Assembly (NCBI GenBank): GCA_021613535.1
Contig: CP075495.1
Coordinates: 744,001-808,000, forward strand
Reading direction: 5' to 3'
DNA from: Adineta vaga
Lineage: Eukaryota; Animalia; Rotifera
DNA length: 64,000 nt
The translations under genes were made by a program, and so were the position numbers. Shown here piece after piece: positions 12,891-25,904 of this stretch (the stretch's first letter is position 1; the number at the start of each line of letters is the position of its first letter). The notes under the pieces are model-generated. The model did no database searches and was not told the DNA's origin. It saw only the letters and a program-made list of their open reading frames with translations.

Positions 12891-13059
12891 TAGAGGTGTT
12901 CGGATGGGGAGGGGGGCTTTCCGGGCGTGGCGCCCTCACCGCTCCCCACATCGGAAATTTCCTGTTTTTCTTAGAAAATTTTGCGAGAATTCGCGAGGTT
13001 TTTCGAAAAATACGGCTCACGGCCCTTCCCTCTATTTTTGGAATATCGGGACACCTCTG
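12891..13059. mobile_element. hAT-like MITE (~169 bp, GC-rich)
   Basis: Ends tagaggtgttcgga / tcgggacacctctg. Flanks ttgagaag and (ctg)ctgagaag resemble an 8-bp TSD. Confidence 0.65.
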
Positions 13060-13342
13060 CTGCTGAGAAGACTTTGATAGTTCGAAATAAAAGACCTGGT
13101 GTTCAAGTTGGAATGCCCATGGAACGGTAATCATGCATATTCTGCTATCTTGGTAGATATCGGAAGCTGGTGAGAACAGAAGGAACGTCTGACATCTGAC
13201 TGATGATTTCTGAGATCATAGAAGTGTACTTGAAAAAAACGTTGTCAAGCTTTCTTTCTAAATTATCATGATTGCAAAGCAAGATAAGCGTTAAAAAATG
13301 TAAAATTATGTGCCTAAATCAGCCACATCATGCAATATGAGC

Positions 13343-13424
13343 TAGGGGTACCCTTGGGTCCTTATATACTATATGAAGAGGATATCCTCCTGATATGGTA
13401 TAAGAGGATCCAAGGGTATCCCTG
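13343..13424. repeat. ~82-bp foldback / MITE remnant
   Basis: taggggtacccttgggtccttatatac pairs imperfectly with gtataagaggatccaagggtatccctg. Confidence 0.6.
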
Positions 13425-14292
13425 TAATATAGGACTTGAGGATCTATGAGGATCCACTTTCTTCTCCTTGATTCGTACATTCTTCTTTGAAACTATGATC
13501 CTGAGTTATTTATGATAGTGCATTAATTCAATATTTTTTATTTGTAGAAACTATGGCGCAAAACACAGACGCATCGAAAATGAAGATTTTCATCAAGTAT
13601 TATCATCGAACATTATTCACTAGCTAGTATTCTCCTCGCATTTTCTTGACCTTTTTCTTGTGCTCTTTTTTCTTTATTTTCGTTTTTTTCCTTATTTTTT
13701 TCTGTATCTTGCACTATTTTCAGTTCTAATAAACTACAAATAACGCTCATCCTTTGCATTCGCTGACCCTTTTCTAAAACAATGATAAGAGTGCTCAGAA
13801 AAGCCATAAAGCGGGATCTGAACCTGACCAGATCCAGATCCAACCAAACTTTATACATAAAAGACTTTTAAAAGTGTTTTTCATCTGTTCATTCTTTCTA
13901 AGTATCATAAGATCATTGATTGCAATAGAAAAGGAAAAACAAGTACTGTTTATATGCATACAAGGAATTGATCGCTTGATACTTCTCAAAAATGCATCAC
14001 CCGTATTTATTTTCCTTACCATAAAGCTCTTGAAAAGGCACATACTTTGTATTACTATGATTCTCGAAAAGAAAATAGAAAGGCCAGGTACTATTTTATG
14101 AATCGCTAGAATTATAAAATATTTGACTAGAATAGTTTTTTGACATGCTTGAAATATTATTTATATTTTTGGCGCACAGCTAGATCCAACAAAACAATCA
14201 CGAACATGTATCTGGATTTTATACACATATTTCTTGTAAAAATTCTATCATACGATCTGCTGTATAATAGTCGACCACGAAAAGATGTTTAA

Positions 14293-14382
14293 CCTTTTCC
14301 AGTTTGGCGTATCCATATGGATACATTTTGCCGTAGGGGGGGGGGGGGGTACGGCAAATTCCAAATAGCCGGCCGGAAAGGG
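14293..14382. mobile_element. piggyBac-like 90-bp MITE
   Basis: ttaa|ccttttcc…ggaaaggg|ctaa, with an internal hairpin tttgccgta-(G)n-tacggcaaa. Confidence 0.55.
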
Positions 14383-15364
14383 CTAAAGGAAGCTAACATA
14401 AGTATCATACCTATTGTGTCAATTATTTGAAGTGCAGTTTTTTTATCAATTTCTTACTAAATCCTATACTCAGAACTCGTAAATGATTCGAATGGCACAT
14501 ACAGCCCACGAACACCAGCCCATTCATTAGTTTCTATCACCATTTTAAAGGGAGATGTACACCGAGATATTTATCTTGGAGAGAGAGCTAAATAACAATG
14601 GTGGAATCAATCCCATAGAACTAGCATCAGATTCAAATTCGTTAGTATCGATAGTTTCTTATAGAATTTGACCAAACACTCATCTTGAGGGGTGGGTGTG
14701 GGTGTGTAGTCAGCTATCATTACTAGTTTCACCTCAGCTACGAGAATCTACTAGTGGCTACAAAACTTTAAAATTCGAAAATCAAGAAAATTTGCAAATC
14801 GAACTGACGCAAAAATTATGAGCAAATTTTTGTATTGTAGATTGCAGATGATACTGATAATGGGAAAGATGGATTAAAATTGATTGGATACAGAGAAATG
14901 ATTTGGTTGATGTCTTAGAAATGAATAGAAATTTGAATTTTTCTTTAAAGTAAAGAATTGTTTGACATGATCTAGTTTTTGTCGACGGAGGTTGAAGTTT
15001 ATTTCCTATAGTATTGAACAACGAAGGAGAATAATTTTATTTATCAAAGTAAAAAAGATCTAAGTTGTCGAATAGTCTTGTGAATGTAGTTGTATGAAAG
15101 AGGTACGGTTCTTTGGTTTTACGATTTAATGTTGAATAAATGGAATGATGTTCACATGTTTATCTTTGTATATTGTCGAAAATATGACTTTTGGTATGCC
15201 GAATATTTTTTACGATCTTGTGCAATATGTACAGCATCAAACTTGATCATTAGCTTGTAGATAATCGTAAAAATACGGTTGTATATGGTCTATAAAGATA
15301 ATTGAAAAGCAATAAGTTGTAAGTCCCATTGAATTACTTTATTTTTTCTCTTGTTATCACATTC

Positions 15365-16038
15365 CCTAGGACGGACGTTCCAGCCTCCGGATTCGGAAGG
15401 AACCGAAAGGAAAGTATGCCCTTTCCGGAGCATTCCGACCTGTTCCACTCAGATTCCGACGGAAACTCAAGGAAAACCATACGAAGCTGGAAGCAGGATA
15501 CAAAACTCACGAACATTTCCCGTAATTTCCACATTAATCCACCTAAATCCAAACCATTCGGAGGACTTCCCCAAAGCCGGAGCCGATAACAACCGAACAA
15601 ACTGATCCTATTTCAACCCGTTATTTCCGTACAGAACCGGACGGTGCCGAAAACTTCCGACTATAATTCTATCGTATACCCGATTCTAATTCTCTCAAAA
15701 ATCCATTACAGGATACGGCGAACGCATGCTAAGTTGGAGAAGAAAAATGCAAATAGGACTGTAAACTGTTTTGCAACAATGATAGGCGAGTTAAAGAAAA
15801 TGACCGGAATTGTACGGAAAATGTGTTTGGGATCTGCTAGTTTCCTTTCGGTTTCCGATTTCTCGGCCACGGGCGGAAATTCTAGGTTTTTTTCCGCATT
15901 GTTACGCTGTTTTCCTTGAGGATAGGACCAGAAACGAACGGATTTCGTCCGATGATTTCCGATGTGGAACACTGCTTCCATGAAATAATCGGAAGGTGCT
16001 GGAACCTTTCGGTTTCGGGCCGGATTGTTTGACCTGGG
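15365..16038. mobile_element. EnSpm/CMC-like non-autonomous element rich in TCCG/CGGA repeats
   Basis: GC-elevated block with degenerate ends cctaggac…gacctggg, a 2-bp tc flank on both sides, and many TTCCG/CGGAA motifs. It explains the overlapping spurious ORFs here. Confidence 0.55.
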
Positions 16039-16928
16039 TCATTGGTTGTAGTTATTGTTTCTTCATATACCCCAATTATAATCATTATGGTGTATGAATC
16101 GTGAATTAGTCATTAAATCTAAATTTATTGTTATCATTTACTTTGATTTAACTTAACTTTGTATTGTAAATATGAACAAAAACAAGGAAAAAAAGAAAGA
16201 TACTCACTATTATTGACGTAGGATTCGATAGTTTTAGTTTAACAAGCACGTTTATAATATTTTCTCAATCAAACAATTGGATAGAAAAGATTATTTTCTT
16301 TTTACTAAAAGAAATGTATTCTATACCATTCCTTCCTTGCTATCATTTCATGTCTGTAACGAATTTTAATGATTCGTTTTGTACAGCATTGATGTTCATT
16401 GAGCTGGTTCACCCTTCATTCGTTACTGACAAATGGATAGATATAGTTTTGTGTGTCTTACAACACGATGATGTTTATTCGACTACGATCCACATCCAAG
16501 TGCCACTGTTTCACATACAACACGAGTTTATATAGTAGAGAGAAAGACAGAACATGGAACAATACAATTAGTTAATGAAAGAATAGAAAAGAGATAGAAG
16601 CACGGCATTCAATGAGATTAAACTTACGCAATCAATCAATTTACATCTTGATAAGTATAGTTCTATTACTGACCTTGAGATCTTTCATCTCTCAATCATT
16701 TTTTATCTTAAAACAAGCATACTCTTCTTATGTAATCCTATTCTAATATAATGCTACTCTAAATGTCAAACCACATTATAACGCATGAATAATTCTTTGA
16801 CTACTCTGAAAATAAAAAAGGAGTTTTCCGGAACCTTTTTGGGGGGGTTCGGCCCGCTGGTAAAGTTCAGAACCCACAAAAAACTCTGGATTATTGAGGG
16901 TTTTGTTAAAACCTAACAGAACTCGTCA

Positions 16929-17153
16929 TTATTCTATTAATACAATTGGCATTAGAATATAGATCATAAGAGTAACATTAAATCCAGAACCACTTGATGA
17001 AGATTTCTTAGTAGTGGTTGTTCTTCTTCCTGTTGTTGTTGTACTTCTCGTTGTGATCGAAGTATTGATCGAACTAATTGTTTGTCCATATACAAATATA
17101 ATTCCATATTGGAAAAGAAAAAAGAAAAGTTTTTGAACAACAGTTGTAACCAT
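16929..17153 (-). pseudogene. 5' part of a secreted/type I membrane protein gene (signal peptide, S/T-rich stalk, start of TM), apparently 3'-truncated
   Basis: MVTTVVQKLFFFLFQYGIIFVYG|QTISS…TTTT…SSSSG…LMIYILMPIVLIE* ends at the edge of the repeat-rich block. A second truncated copy starts at 17710 (MVATVVQKLL…NCLRS*). Confidence 0.55.
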
Positions 17154-17860
17154 GTTATGTGACAGTAACTATGCTTTGTTATTTACTGAAATTGTAATTT
17201 CAAAGAAAAACTCATTTTTTAAATTTTTAGTCTTTTTTGAAAGGAAGGAAAAGAAAATAAATTTATAACAATAAGAGTTCCATTGAGTGCAAAGAAAAAA
17301 GAACTCTATCATATAGAATCTTAGTTCGATGATGACATTTAGATGGCATCGTTATTGACAGCAGCATTTCAGGAAAACATTATGTATGAATTTAGAATTA
17401 CATTTATTATTTGAAACTTTTTTTTACAAAGTTAATGTTTTACAAACAGAGAATATAAACATATTGGGTTTAGATGAGTTCTTTTATATAACATTCAAAA
17501 GTCTTTGAATCTATATACAAAGGACATTGACAATGAATCAGTGTTTGAAAGATATTTGAGATTGATTTATTCTATTCTGTCTTTTGATATTGACGAGTTT
17601 CAACTCCTTAGACAGTTAGTATTTATCGAACTAATTGTTTGTCCATATACAAATATAATTCCATATTGGAAAAGAAAAAATAAAAGTTTTTGAACAACAG
17701 TTGCAACCATGGCATGTGACAGTAACTATGCTTTGTTATTTACTGCAACTGCATTTTCAAAGAAAAAGTTATTTTCTGAATTTTTAACCTTGTTTTGAAA
17801 AGAAAAGAAAAGAAAAGAAACTCATAATAATAAGAGTTTCATCGAGTAGAAAAACAAAAG
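17062..17860. repeat. Direct duplication of ~250 bp (about 17062-17305 vs 17619-17860)
   Basis: gtatt(g/t)atcgaactaattgtttgtccatatacaaatataattccatattgg… occurs twice, with scattered substitutions. Confidence 0.9.
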
Positions 17861-18040
17861 TTTATTCTGCAAATATTTGTGAACTCAATGTAACAAAGTA
17901 CTTTCATTTATGGAATAAATTTTCATGATGATGAACATCAAAAGAGAGAACGTGTTGAAATTGAAACGAAAAATTTGCTATTTAGTTTTTATAAAGATAA
18001 AAACAATAATGTCAATTGTTGACTGAATTTACAATCTCTA

Positions 18041-18658
18041 ATGCTTGAAAAACTTGAAGTATTCTTTATCATTTGTCTTTTCTTATCATTGAAAATGCAT
18101 TCTAAACGAGTAAATAAGCAACAAGATCCACTTTTTTGTCTTGCACTTCTTCCATTATGTTTATCGATTGGAAGTTTCTTGTTTTTAAATTCAGCTATAA
18201 TTAGTTATATCGAAGAACGACATAATGAAAAGATTTATTTAAATACAACTTGTTATTTTAATGGAACAATAACATTTAATGAACAATGTAAAGATGATAT
18301 TTGTTGGTGGCCATCTTCAACAGGTTTATGTCCATCAACATTTCGACTTTGTTTAAAAACTGTTTATGTGATTAATTATGGAAATAAACAAAAAGCTTAT
18401 ACTGATAAACGACCATTGTGGATGAAAAGTGAAAGTGATGATCAAGTTAAAACAATATGTTACTATGATAAAATGAAATCAGGTATTCTTAGATGGGAAA
18501 AACCTAAAACAAGAAAATTTCGAATAGAAATTCTATTTTCAACATGTATTTTGATATCAAGTATTATTTTATGGATTGTTTGGTTTCATTTAAAAAAAAC
18601 TGTTCAATTGAGAATCTTCTCTATGAATAATTATCATTTATTACAATCAGAAATATAA
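18041..18658 (+). CDS. Two-TM membrane protein with a Cys-rich extracellular loop (BK-channel beta/TipE-like topology); likely start MHSKR at 18095
   Basis: Two hydrophobic segments flank a loop with 6 Cys, N-glycosylation sequons (NTT, NGT) and a CYYD…WEKP motif. Confidence 0.65.
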   Translation: MLEKLEVFFIICLFLSLKMHSKRVNKQQDPLFCLALLPLCLSIGSFLFLNSAIISYIEERHNEKIYLNTTCYFNGTITFNEQCKDDICWWPSSTGLCPSTFRLCLKTVYVINYGNKQKAYTDKRPLWMKSESDDQVKTICYYDKMKSGILRWEKPKTRKFRIEILFSTCILISSIILWIVWFHLKKTVQLRIFSMNNYHLLQSEI

Positions 18659-18756
18659 TTTTCTTCTTATCTTTCAATAAATATAGATGTTAATAAATGA
18701 AAAATTCAAATATTAAGAAAATAATAATCAGAGATAATCTCAATTACAGTTTTCTC

Positions 18757-19815
18757 TTATTCATCAATATCATTTGGACGAACTACTCGAATTGTCGTAC
18801 CACCAACACCACCACCACCAGTTGTTCTTACTACTGGAGGTCGACGAAATATCTTTGTTCGAATTAATTGCATTAATTCACGTCGAAATATATCCGATGA
18901 AATCACAAAATTCAAAAATGTCAATGAAAAACCAAGATAAATCAATACATATGTCATATTACTTGCAAAGGATTCACCTGCACGACGAAGTGATGATTTA
19001 ACATCTTGTAATGTTATTGAGTAATAGACAAGATAAATTGGATTTGGCATATTGAGAATAATGAAAAGAATTATTTGATTTGCTAACATTCGATGTAATT
19101 GTAGATCTTTCTTTGATATTTTAGTTCGTTGATTTGCACCAATATCAACTCGTTTTTTTGTTTGATGAATATTTCTTACTGTTAATAAACCAAAGATAAG
19201 CATTAATAATAAAGGTAAAGTACCACTTTCAATGGCAATGTAAATACTAAAGAATATTCCATAACTTCCTGATTGAAAAGTACAATTACCTGTACTAATT
19301 TCATAGAAAACAATTACTTGAATATACATTAAACACCAGAAAATAACATTTACAATGATTAAACGAAAAGAAGTCTTCATTGAACTTCGTTGACGACGAT
19401 GTGCATCACGTGAACTTGAAAAATATCGATCAATCGAAGCTAAGATAATATTATAACGTGGAATAGCCACAAATATATAGAAAAGATAAAAACGAAGTTT
19501 ACAATACCAAAGATTATAATTAAGAGTTTGAACATCATATCCATATTGAATCATACGAGTAAATAAAGCAAAATTATAAGTGAAAAATTGAGAAATACTA
19601 GCTGCTAAGAAATACATTGCACATGGACTTTTTCGATATATTGGTTGAGTAAAAACAATACACATTATAATTGAACCAATATTTCCCATAAACCAAATAA
19701 AACCCATAAAATATTGTGAAATTGTTTTATTTAAATGATTGACAAGTGCAATTAATTGAACTTGATCATTATCATCAATTAAAACATTCGTAATATTTGT
19801 TGTGATGTTTGACAT
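18757..19815 (-). CDS. Intronless rhodopsin-like (class A) GPCR
   Basis: 7 hydrophobic segments, GN in TM1, WYCK, SIDRY, N-terminal sequons. Confidence 0.92.
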   Translation of the reverse strand: MSNITTNITNVLIDDNDQVQLIALVNHLNKTISQYFMGFIWFMGNIGSIIMCIVFTQPIYRKSPCAMYFLAASISQFFTYNFALFTRMIQYGYDVQTLNYNLWYCKLRFYLFYIFVAIPRYNIILASIDRYFSSSRDAHRRQRSSMKTSFRLIIVNVIFWCLMYIQVIVFYEISTGNCTFQSGSYGIFFSIYIAIESGTLPLLLMLIFGLLTVRNIHQTKKRVDIGANQRTKISKKDLQLHRMLANQIILFIILNMPNPIYLVYYSITLQDVKSSLRRAGESFASNMTYVLIYLGFSLTFLNFVISSDIFRRELMQLIRTKIFRRPPVVRTTGGGGVGGTTIRVVRPNDIDE

Positions 19816-22225
19816 TCTTTACTAAAATTTAGAAGAGTTAGAATATCATTGATATTGTTTAAAACGAAAGAATAAAAGAATATCATGAGAAAGCAAACAT
19901 TTCTTTTCTCGCATTTTGAAAAGCTTCTGTGATAATGAAATTGTTACTAAAGATATATATGAACTTTAGTTACAGAATAAAAAATATTCCATTTCATTGA
20001 AAGCTGAAAAAAGAACGTCATTAACATTTGACTAAAAGTTAATAATTTATTTCTCTTCTGATTAAATAATCTTTTCACTATTCAAATAAATATTAACAAA
20101 CTTTTCACATTATCCGTTTTTTTATATTCTTATAGTGACGTTTGAATATCATTTTTAAATTATGTGAAATGAAAAAAAATAATTAGGTACAAATGTTAAG
20201 ATAAAATCATATTATTCTATCTTTTCGAAAGTATGTAATCGATTTAATTCATTTATCATAGATAATATAATAAGTCAATCGTGTCTTAATTTTTATCATG
20301 GATACATTTTCGAATTTTTTTACTAAAAATTTAATTTAAATACGTATGTTTTTTTGTTATCACACGGCATGATATTATTTTATCAATGAAGAGCGGAAGG
20401 GATTATAGAGCACGTTTTTTTACACAAATATCAAGCATCAATTTATTACTTATGAAGAAATGACTATAGATACTTTTGTTTCGAGACGTCTACCATTAAC
20501 TTTAACATACGTACTCGTTTGTTTTTTTTGAAAATTATATGATTATTATTTTATTTATAAAATGAACTCTATACCCTCAATGATTATCTCTCATCAATTG
20601 AACCTTTACTCAACTTTTTAAATTCATTTGTAAGTAAAAAACATTCGATGTTGATCTTTACTTTCTTAATTGCACTTCATAATGTCGTTGAATAATTTCA
20701 TCTTTTCTAAGGTTTTCACGGCTTATACTCATCATTATCACTCTTATACAATTCTTTCTATCTCATTTCTGTTCATTACACAACCTTTACAAACGTTCAT
20801 TTATTTTTAACTACATGACAAAGATAAAGATTATATTTTTTCTGGTACATCGGATTATTTTTCCTATAAATAAGAATTATATTCCTAAGTGTCAGTATGT
20901 ACCATCTCGTAGTTTTATATAGTAATAAGGCATTTTTCTCAACGATTAAACTGTTATTTATTACTGATATAATCTTCAAATAATTCTTAACAAAAGTAAA
21001 ACTCTTATTATAGATCGTAAGTTATGAATAGAAATCTAATTATTAGCGATTTTTTTTAACAAGCTTCATTTAGATCTTCGCTGTATTAAACAAAACTTCA
21101 TAAAAAAATCTAAAATCTAAAATTGACAAACAATACAGATTTATATACAATGGTTTACAAAAAGAATTGGAACAATTATTTGAATTAGTTTTAAATGAGT
21201 ATTAGTTTAATTGATAGATATCAGTTTATAGTCTTAGAATATCAGAATCTAAATTTCATAGTTAATTTTCTTACAAATTCTGATAGTACCGCTTTATTAT
21301 TTCATCTAATGGAGTGACCTGAGTTTTAGCTGAATTCAGTATTAATCATAGTTTTCTACATACTTTCTACACGGGATTCTAAGAAATGTAGAATTTTAAA
21401 TTTTTTTAAATTGATGAAAAATAACTGACGATAGTATTTTTATAGATTCGTGAACTTCACCGATAGAACTGATTCCTTCGTTGTAATAATATAATGTAAA
21501 AGTATGATGTGATTTTAGTCTGTCTATCTTTGCTATGTCATGTTATTATTATACAACGATCAAATAATAATTAATTAAATATATGAAGTTTTTTAGTAGA
21601 TAATCTACTTACTATAAATCTGCATTAATCTCAAAATAAAGTTTTCAGACGGTCTGAAAAACTGAAATCTTTTGTGATCTGAAATTGTTCCAGTTCTTTT
21701 TGCAAATCACTGTATGTCGTTTGTCTCTACTCCTCTTCCTCTGATTCTGACAAATAGCTTGAGGACATTCAAAGATCAACAGGACAACATATTTCGAGGG
21801 ATGAATCTGATAAGGTCGAGATTATTTATGTCGTTAAAGACAAGATGCACCTCATTTCATGAAACCCATCATGTTTATATATTTGATAAAAATATTTCTT
21901 CGTATTAATTCTATTTTCAATTATGTTGATAAGAAGAACTACATTTCGATTACAAACATCTTATCAAAGGATTTATTTGATATAATCTAGAGTAGTATGA
22001 TAGATGAAGAAGAGTAAAACAATAAATATGAATCAAAGAAGAAAATTTATTAAAAATAAGTATAACTAACATATTCATAAACTATAATTTCATTCTAATA
22101 CATTATTTTCTTTATTTATATCAAATCTAAAGTTGAGCACAGTGCTGTACAAAGCATATCATATAATCAAATATTGACTTCAATTTTAACAGTATTAGTT
22201 TTTTCATTCAAGATTTTATAATAAT

Positions 22226-23263
22226 ATGTCCAATTCAACTTTTAATGACGCTGATCAAGTTCAATTAATTGCACTTGTCAATCATTTAAATAAAACAATT
22301 TCACAATATTTTATGGGTTTTATTTGGTTTATGGGAAATATTGGTTCCATTATAATGTGTATTGTTTTTACTCAACCAATATATCGAAAAAGTCCATGTG
22401 CAATGTATTTCTTAGCTGCAAGTATTTCACAATTTTTGACTTATAATTTTGCTTTATTTACTCGTATGATTCAATATGGATATGATGTTCAAACTCTTAA
22501 TTATAATCTTTGGTATTGTAAGATTCGTTTTTATCTTTTCTATATATTTGTGGCTATTCCACGTTATAATATTATCTTAGCTTCGATTGATCGATATTTT
22601 TCAAGTTCACGTGATGTACATCGTCGTCAACGAAGTTCAATGAAGACGTCTTTTCGTTTAATCATTGGAAATGTTATTTTCTGGTGTTTAATGTATATTC
22701 AAGTAATTGTTTTCTATGAAATTAGTACAGGTAATTGTACTTTTCAATCGGGAGTTTATGGAATATTCTTTAGTATTTACATTGCTATTGAAAGTGGTAC
22801 TTTACCTTTATTATTGATGCTTATCTTTGGTTTATTAACAGTAAGAAATATTCGTCAAACAAAACAACGAGTTGATATTGGTGCAAATCAACGAACTAAA
22901 ATATCAAAGAAAGATCTACAATTACATCGAATGTTAGCAAATCAAATAGTTCTTTTCATTATTCTCAATATGCCAAATCCGATCTTTCTTGTTTATCGCT
23001 CAATAACATTACAAGATGCGAAATCATCACTTCGTCGTGCAGGTGAATCCTTTGCAAGTAATATGACATATGTATTGATTTATCTTGGTTTTTCATTGAC
23101 ATTTGTGAATTTTATGATTTCATCGGATATATTTCGACGTGAATTAATGCAATTAATTCGAACAAAGATACTTCGTCGACCTCCAGTAGTAAGAACAACC
23201 GGTGGTGGTGGCGTTGGTGGTACGACAATTCGAGTAGTTCGTCCAAATGATATTGATGAATAA
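22226..23263 (+). CDS. Intronless rhodopsin-like GPCR, near-identical inverted paralog of 18757-19815
   Basis: Same motifs; differs mainly at the N-terminus and a few scattered residues. Confidence 0.92.
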   Translation: MSNSTFNDADQVQLIALVNHLNKTISQYFMGFIWFMGNIGSIIMCIVFTQPIYRKSPCAMYFLAASISQFLTYNFALFTRMIQYGYDVQTLNYNLWYCKIRFYLFYIFVAIPRYNIILASIDRYFSSSRDVHRRQRSSMKTSFRLIIGNVIFWCLMYIQVIVFYEISTGNCTFQSGVYGIFFSIYIAIESGTLPLLLMLIFGLLTVRNIRQTKQRVDIGANQRTKISKKDLQLHRMLANQIVLFIILNMPNPIFLVYRSITLQDAKSSLRRAGESFASNMTYVLIYLGFSLTFVNFMISSDIFRRELMQLIRTKILRRPPVVRTTGGGGVGGTTIRVVRPNDIDE

Positions 23264-24581
23264 AATAATAGCAATAAAAACAAACACGATCACATACATT
23301 GTTCTTAGTCTGTTTCAGTGCATTTTGTGTTCTAATATCACTTATTTATCAATAAATATATGCTTAGCTAGGATGTGTGTGTGTGTGTGTGAGTGAATGT
23401 TTCTATTTAACATTCACCTACGTCCTATTAGGCATGATTGCTAATCCTATAAAGAGCGTAAATGGATAGAAAAAGAAAAGTTAATAAATGCACATCATGT
23501 CATTTCTTTCCATATTTATGAACGTACGTCACACTAGATTATTATTCTTTTAATGATAAACGTGCGATGATGCATGAATGACGTTAATAAAAAGCTCATA
23601 ACGAATGAATACTAATTACAATGAAATATAAATGCACCTGAGTTAATGTTCAAAGGTCTCATTAAAATAAATGATATGATATTTGACGAACGCTTGATTC
23701 AGGAAAGTACATCTTAAAAATAAGTCTTAGGGATACGAAATATTTATAGATGAATTGTAATTATTCTACGATTAATCGTATATTTATAATAAAAACTGAG
23801 AGTAATCAAGCTGACATATAATATTTCTGACGTGATGACGAAGCGCAAACACATAAGTACATAAATTTTGCGATATTATTATATATCTTTGTATAAAAAT
23901 TAAGTGAACTCTACATAACTGTCTTATTGGTTCTTTCCTAATTATAATTCAAAAAGTTCCTGAATAATTCTCTACCATTAAATGATTTACTCATCATTTT
24001 CATATCTGTAATATCCTCTTTCGTTTCTCATTTCTTCAAAGTAGATATCACAAAAATTTCAACTGATAAACAAAGCAGATTTACATATTTCGTTAGTCTT
24101 TCTCGTTCTTCTGATAAATAGATAGATGGCATTAGAGAATACATTAGGGAAAACTAAATAAACCTCATTCCATAGAACCCATCATGTTTATATGTGAGAG
24201 AGTGATCAACAAACTCTTCTAATAGAATGACCTAATGGAAAACCTACAAATAAAGACGAATCACCGAGGGTTTAATAAAAAATCTTTTTTCGGATTAATT
24301 CTATTTTCAATCAGGTTGTTAAGAAGAACTACATTTCGATTACAAAAATCAGATGAAAGGATTTAGTTAATACAGTCTATAATAATCTGATGGTTGACGT
24401 AGAGCAAAGAAAAATAAGTGAGTTATTATTCAAAATCATTATTATACTTTTTTCGTAGGAGAATTTAGGTTATTAAATATTATTTTCTACTTTTGTTCAT
24501 TATATCTTCAAAGTTGAATAGATTTTATTAAAAATATTTCATAGAAGAATAAATTATTTATCTCTAGATCTTCACAAAATC

Positions 24582-25628
24582 ATGTCCAATTCAACATTAA
24601 ATGACACCGATATTACAATCGATGGTGATGATCAAGCTCAATTAATTGCTCTTGTCTATCTTCTAAACAAAACGATTTCAAAATTTAGTCTTGGCTTTAT
24701 TATGGTTCTCGGTAATATTGGATCAATTTTAATGTGTATTGTTTTTATTCAACCAATATATCGAAAAAGTCCATGTGCAATGTATTTCTTAGCTGCTAGT
24801 ATTTCGCAATTTTTCACTTATAATTTTGCTTTATTTACTCGTATGATTCATTATGGTTATAATGTTCAAACTCTCAATCATAATCTCTGGTATTGTAAGA
24901 TTCGCTTTTATCTTTTCTATATATTTGTGGCTGTTCCACGTTATAATATTATCTTAGCTTCGATTGATCGATATTTTTCAAGTTCACGTGATGCACATCG
25001 TCGTCAAAGAAGTACACCGAAGATTGCTCTTCGTTTAATCATTGGAAATGTTATTTTCTGGTGTTTACTCTACGTTCAAATCATCTTTTTCTATGAGATT
25101 AGCAGTGGAACATGCACATTTCGTTCAGGAAGTTATGGAATATTCTTTAGTATCTACATTGCCATTGAAAGTGGTACTTTACCTTTATTATTAATGCTTA
25201 TCTTTGGTTTATTAACAGTAAAAAATATTCATCAAACAAAAAAACGAAATGACTCAGGTGCAAATCAACGAAATAAAATGTCAAAGAAAGATCTACAATT
25301 ACATCGAATGTTAGCGAATCAAATAGTTCTTTTCATTATTCTTAACATGCCAAATCCAATTTATCTTCTTTATAGTTCATTTACTATAAACAGTCCAAAA
25401 ACAGCACTTCAATATGCAGGTGAATCCTTTGCAAGTAATATGACATATGTATTGATTTATCTTGGTTTTTCATTAACATTTGTGAATTTTATGATTTCAT
25501 CGGATATATTTCGACGTGAATTTATACAGTTAATTCGAACAAAGATATTTCGTCGACCTCCAGTAGTTAGAACAACTGTTGGTGGAACAAAACACAGAAT
25601 GGTTCATCCAAATGAGGATGAAACTTGA
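24582..25628 (+). CDS. Intronless rhodopsin-like GPCR, third paralog
   Basis: 7TM, SIDRY; alternating near-identical and divergent blocks relative to the other two. Confidence 0.92.
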   Translation: MSNSTLNDTDITIDGDDQAQLIALVYLLNKTISKFSLGFIMVLGNIGSILMCIVFIQPIYRKSPCAMYFLAASISQFFTYNFALFTRMIHYGYNVQTLNHNLWYCKIRFYLFYIFVAVPRYNIILASIDRYFSSSRDAHRRQRSTPKIALRLIIGNVIFWCLLYVQIIFFYEISSGTCTFRSGSYGIFFSIYIAIESGTLPLLLMLIFGLLTVKNIHQTKKRNDSGANQRNKMSKKDLQLHRMLANQIVLFIILNMPNPIYLLYSSFTINSPKTALQYAGESFASNMTYVLIYLGFSLTFVNFMISSDIFRREFIQLIRTKIFRRPPVVRTTVGGTKHRMVHPNEDET

Positions 25629-25904
25629 CATTAATCAGTGAAAAAGATAATCTATCGCTTATTGTCATAGCAGCTTTTATTATATCATGCAATAAACGTA
25701 TATATTTATCTTAGAGGTCAATAGTACAAAAAGAAAAATTTGCCCATGAATTTTTCCTTCAAATGTTGATTGATATAAAACTCGTACGACATTCTAATCT
25801 CAATATATTCAGTCAATTAGCAATAAAAGTGATCAAATAAATTTGATGACGAAATCTATGAAATCGATGAAGATAAAAAAATCGTTCCCTTATATTTGAA
25901 TAAT

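Noticed and set aside
14474-14595. Possible phase-1 terminal exon for the PAN gene
   Set aside because: Short open frame with no recognisable motif, and unit 4 already has a stop; unsupported without cDNA.
15329-16085. Cluster of overlapping 67-91 aa ORFs
   Set aside because: By-product of a GC-richer transposon with few stop codons.
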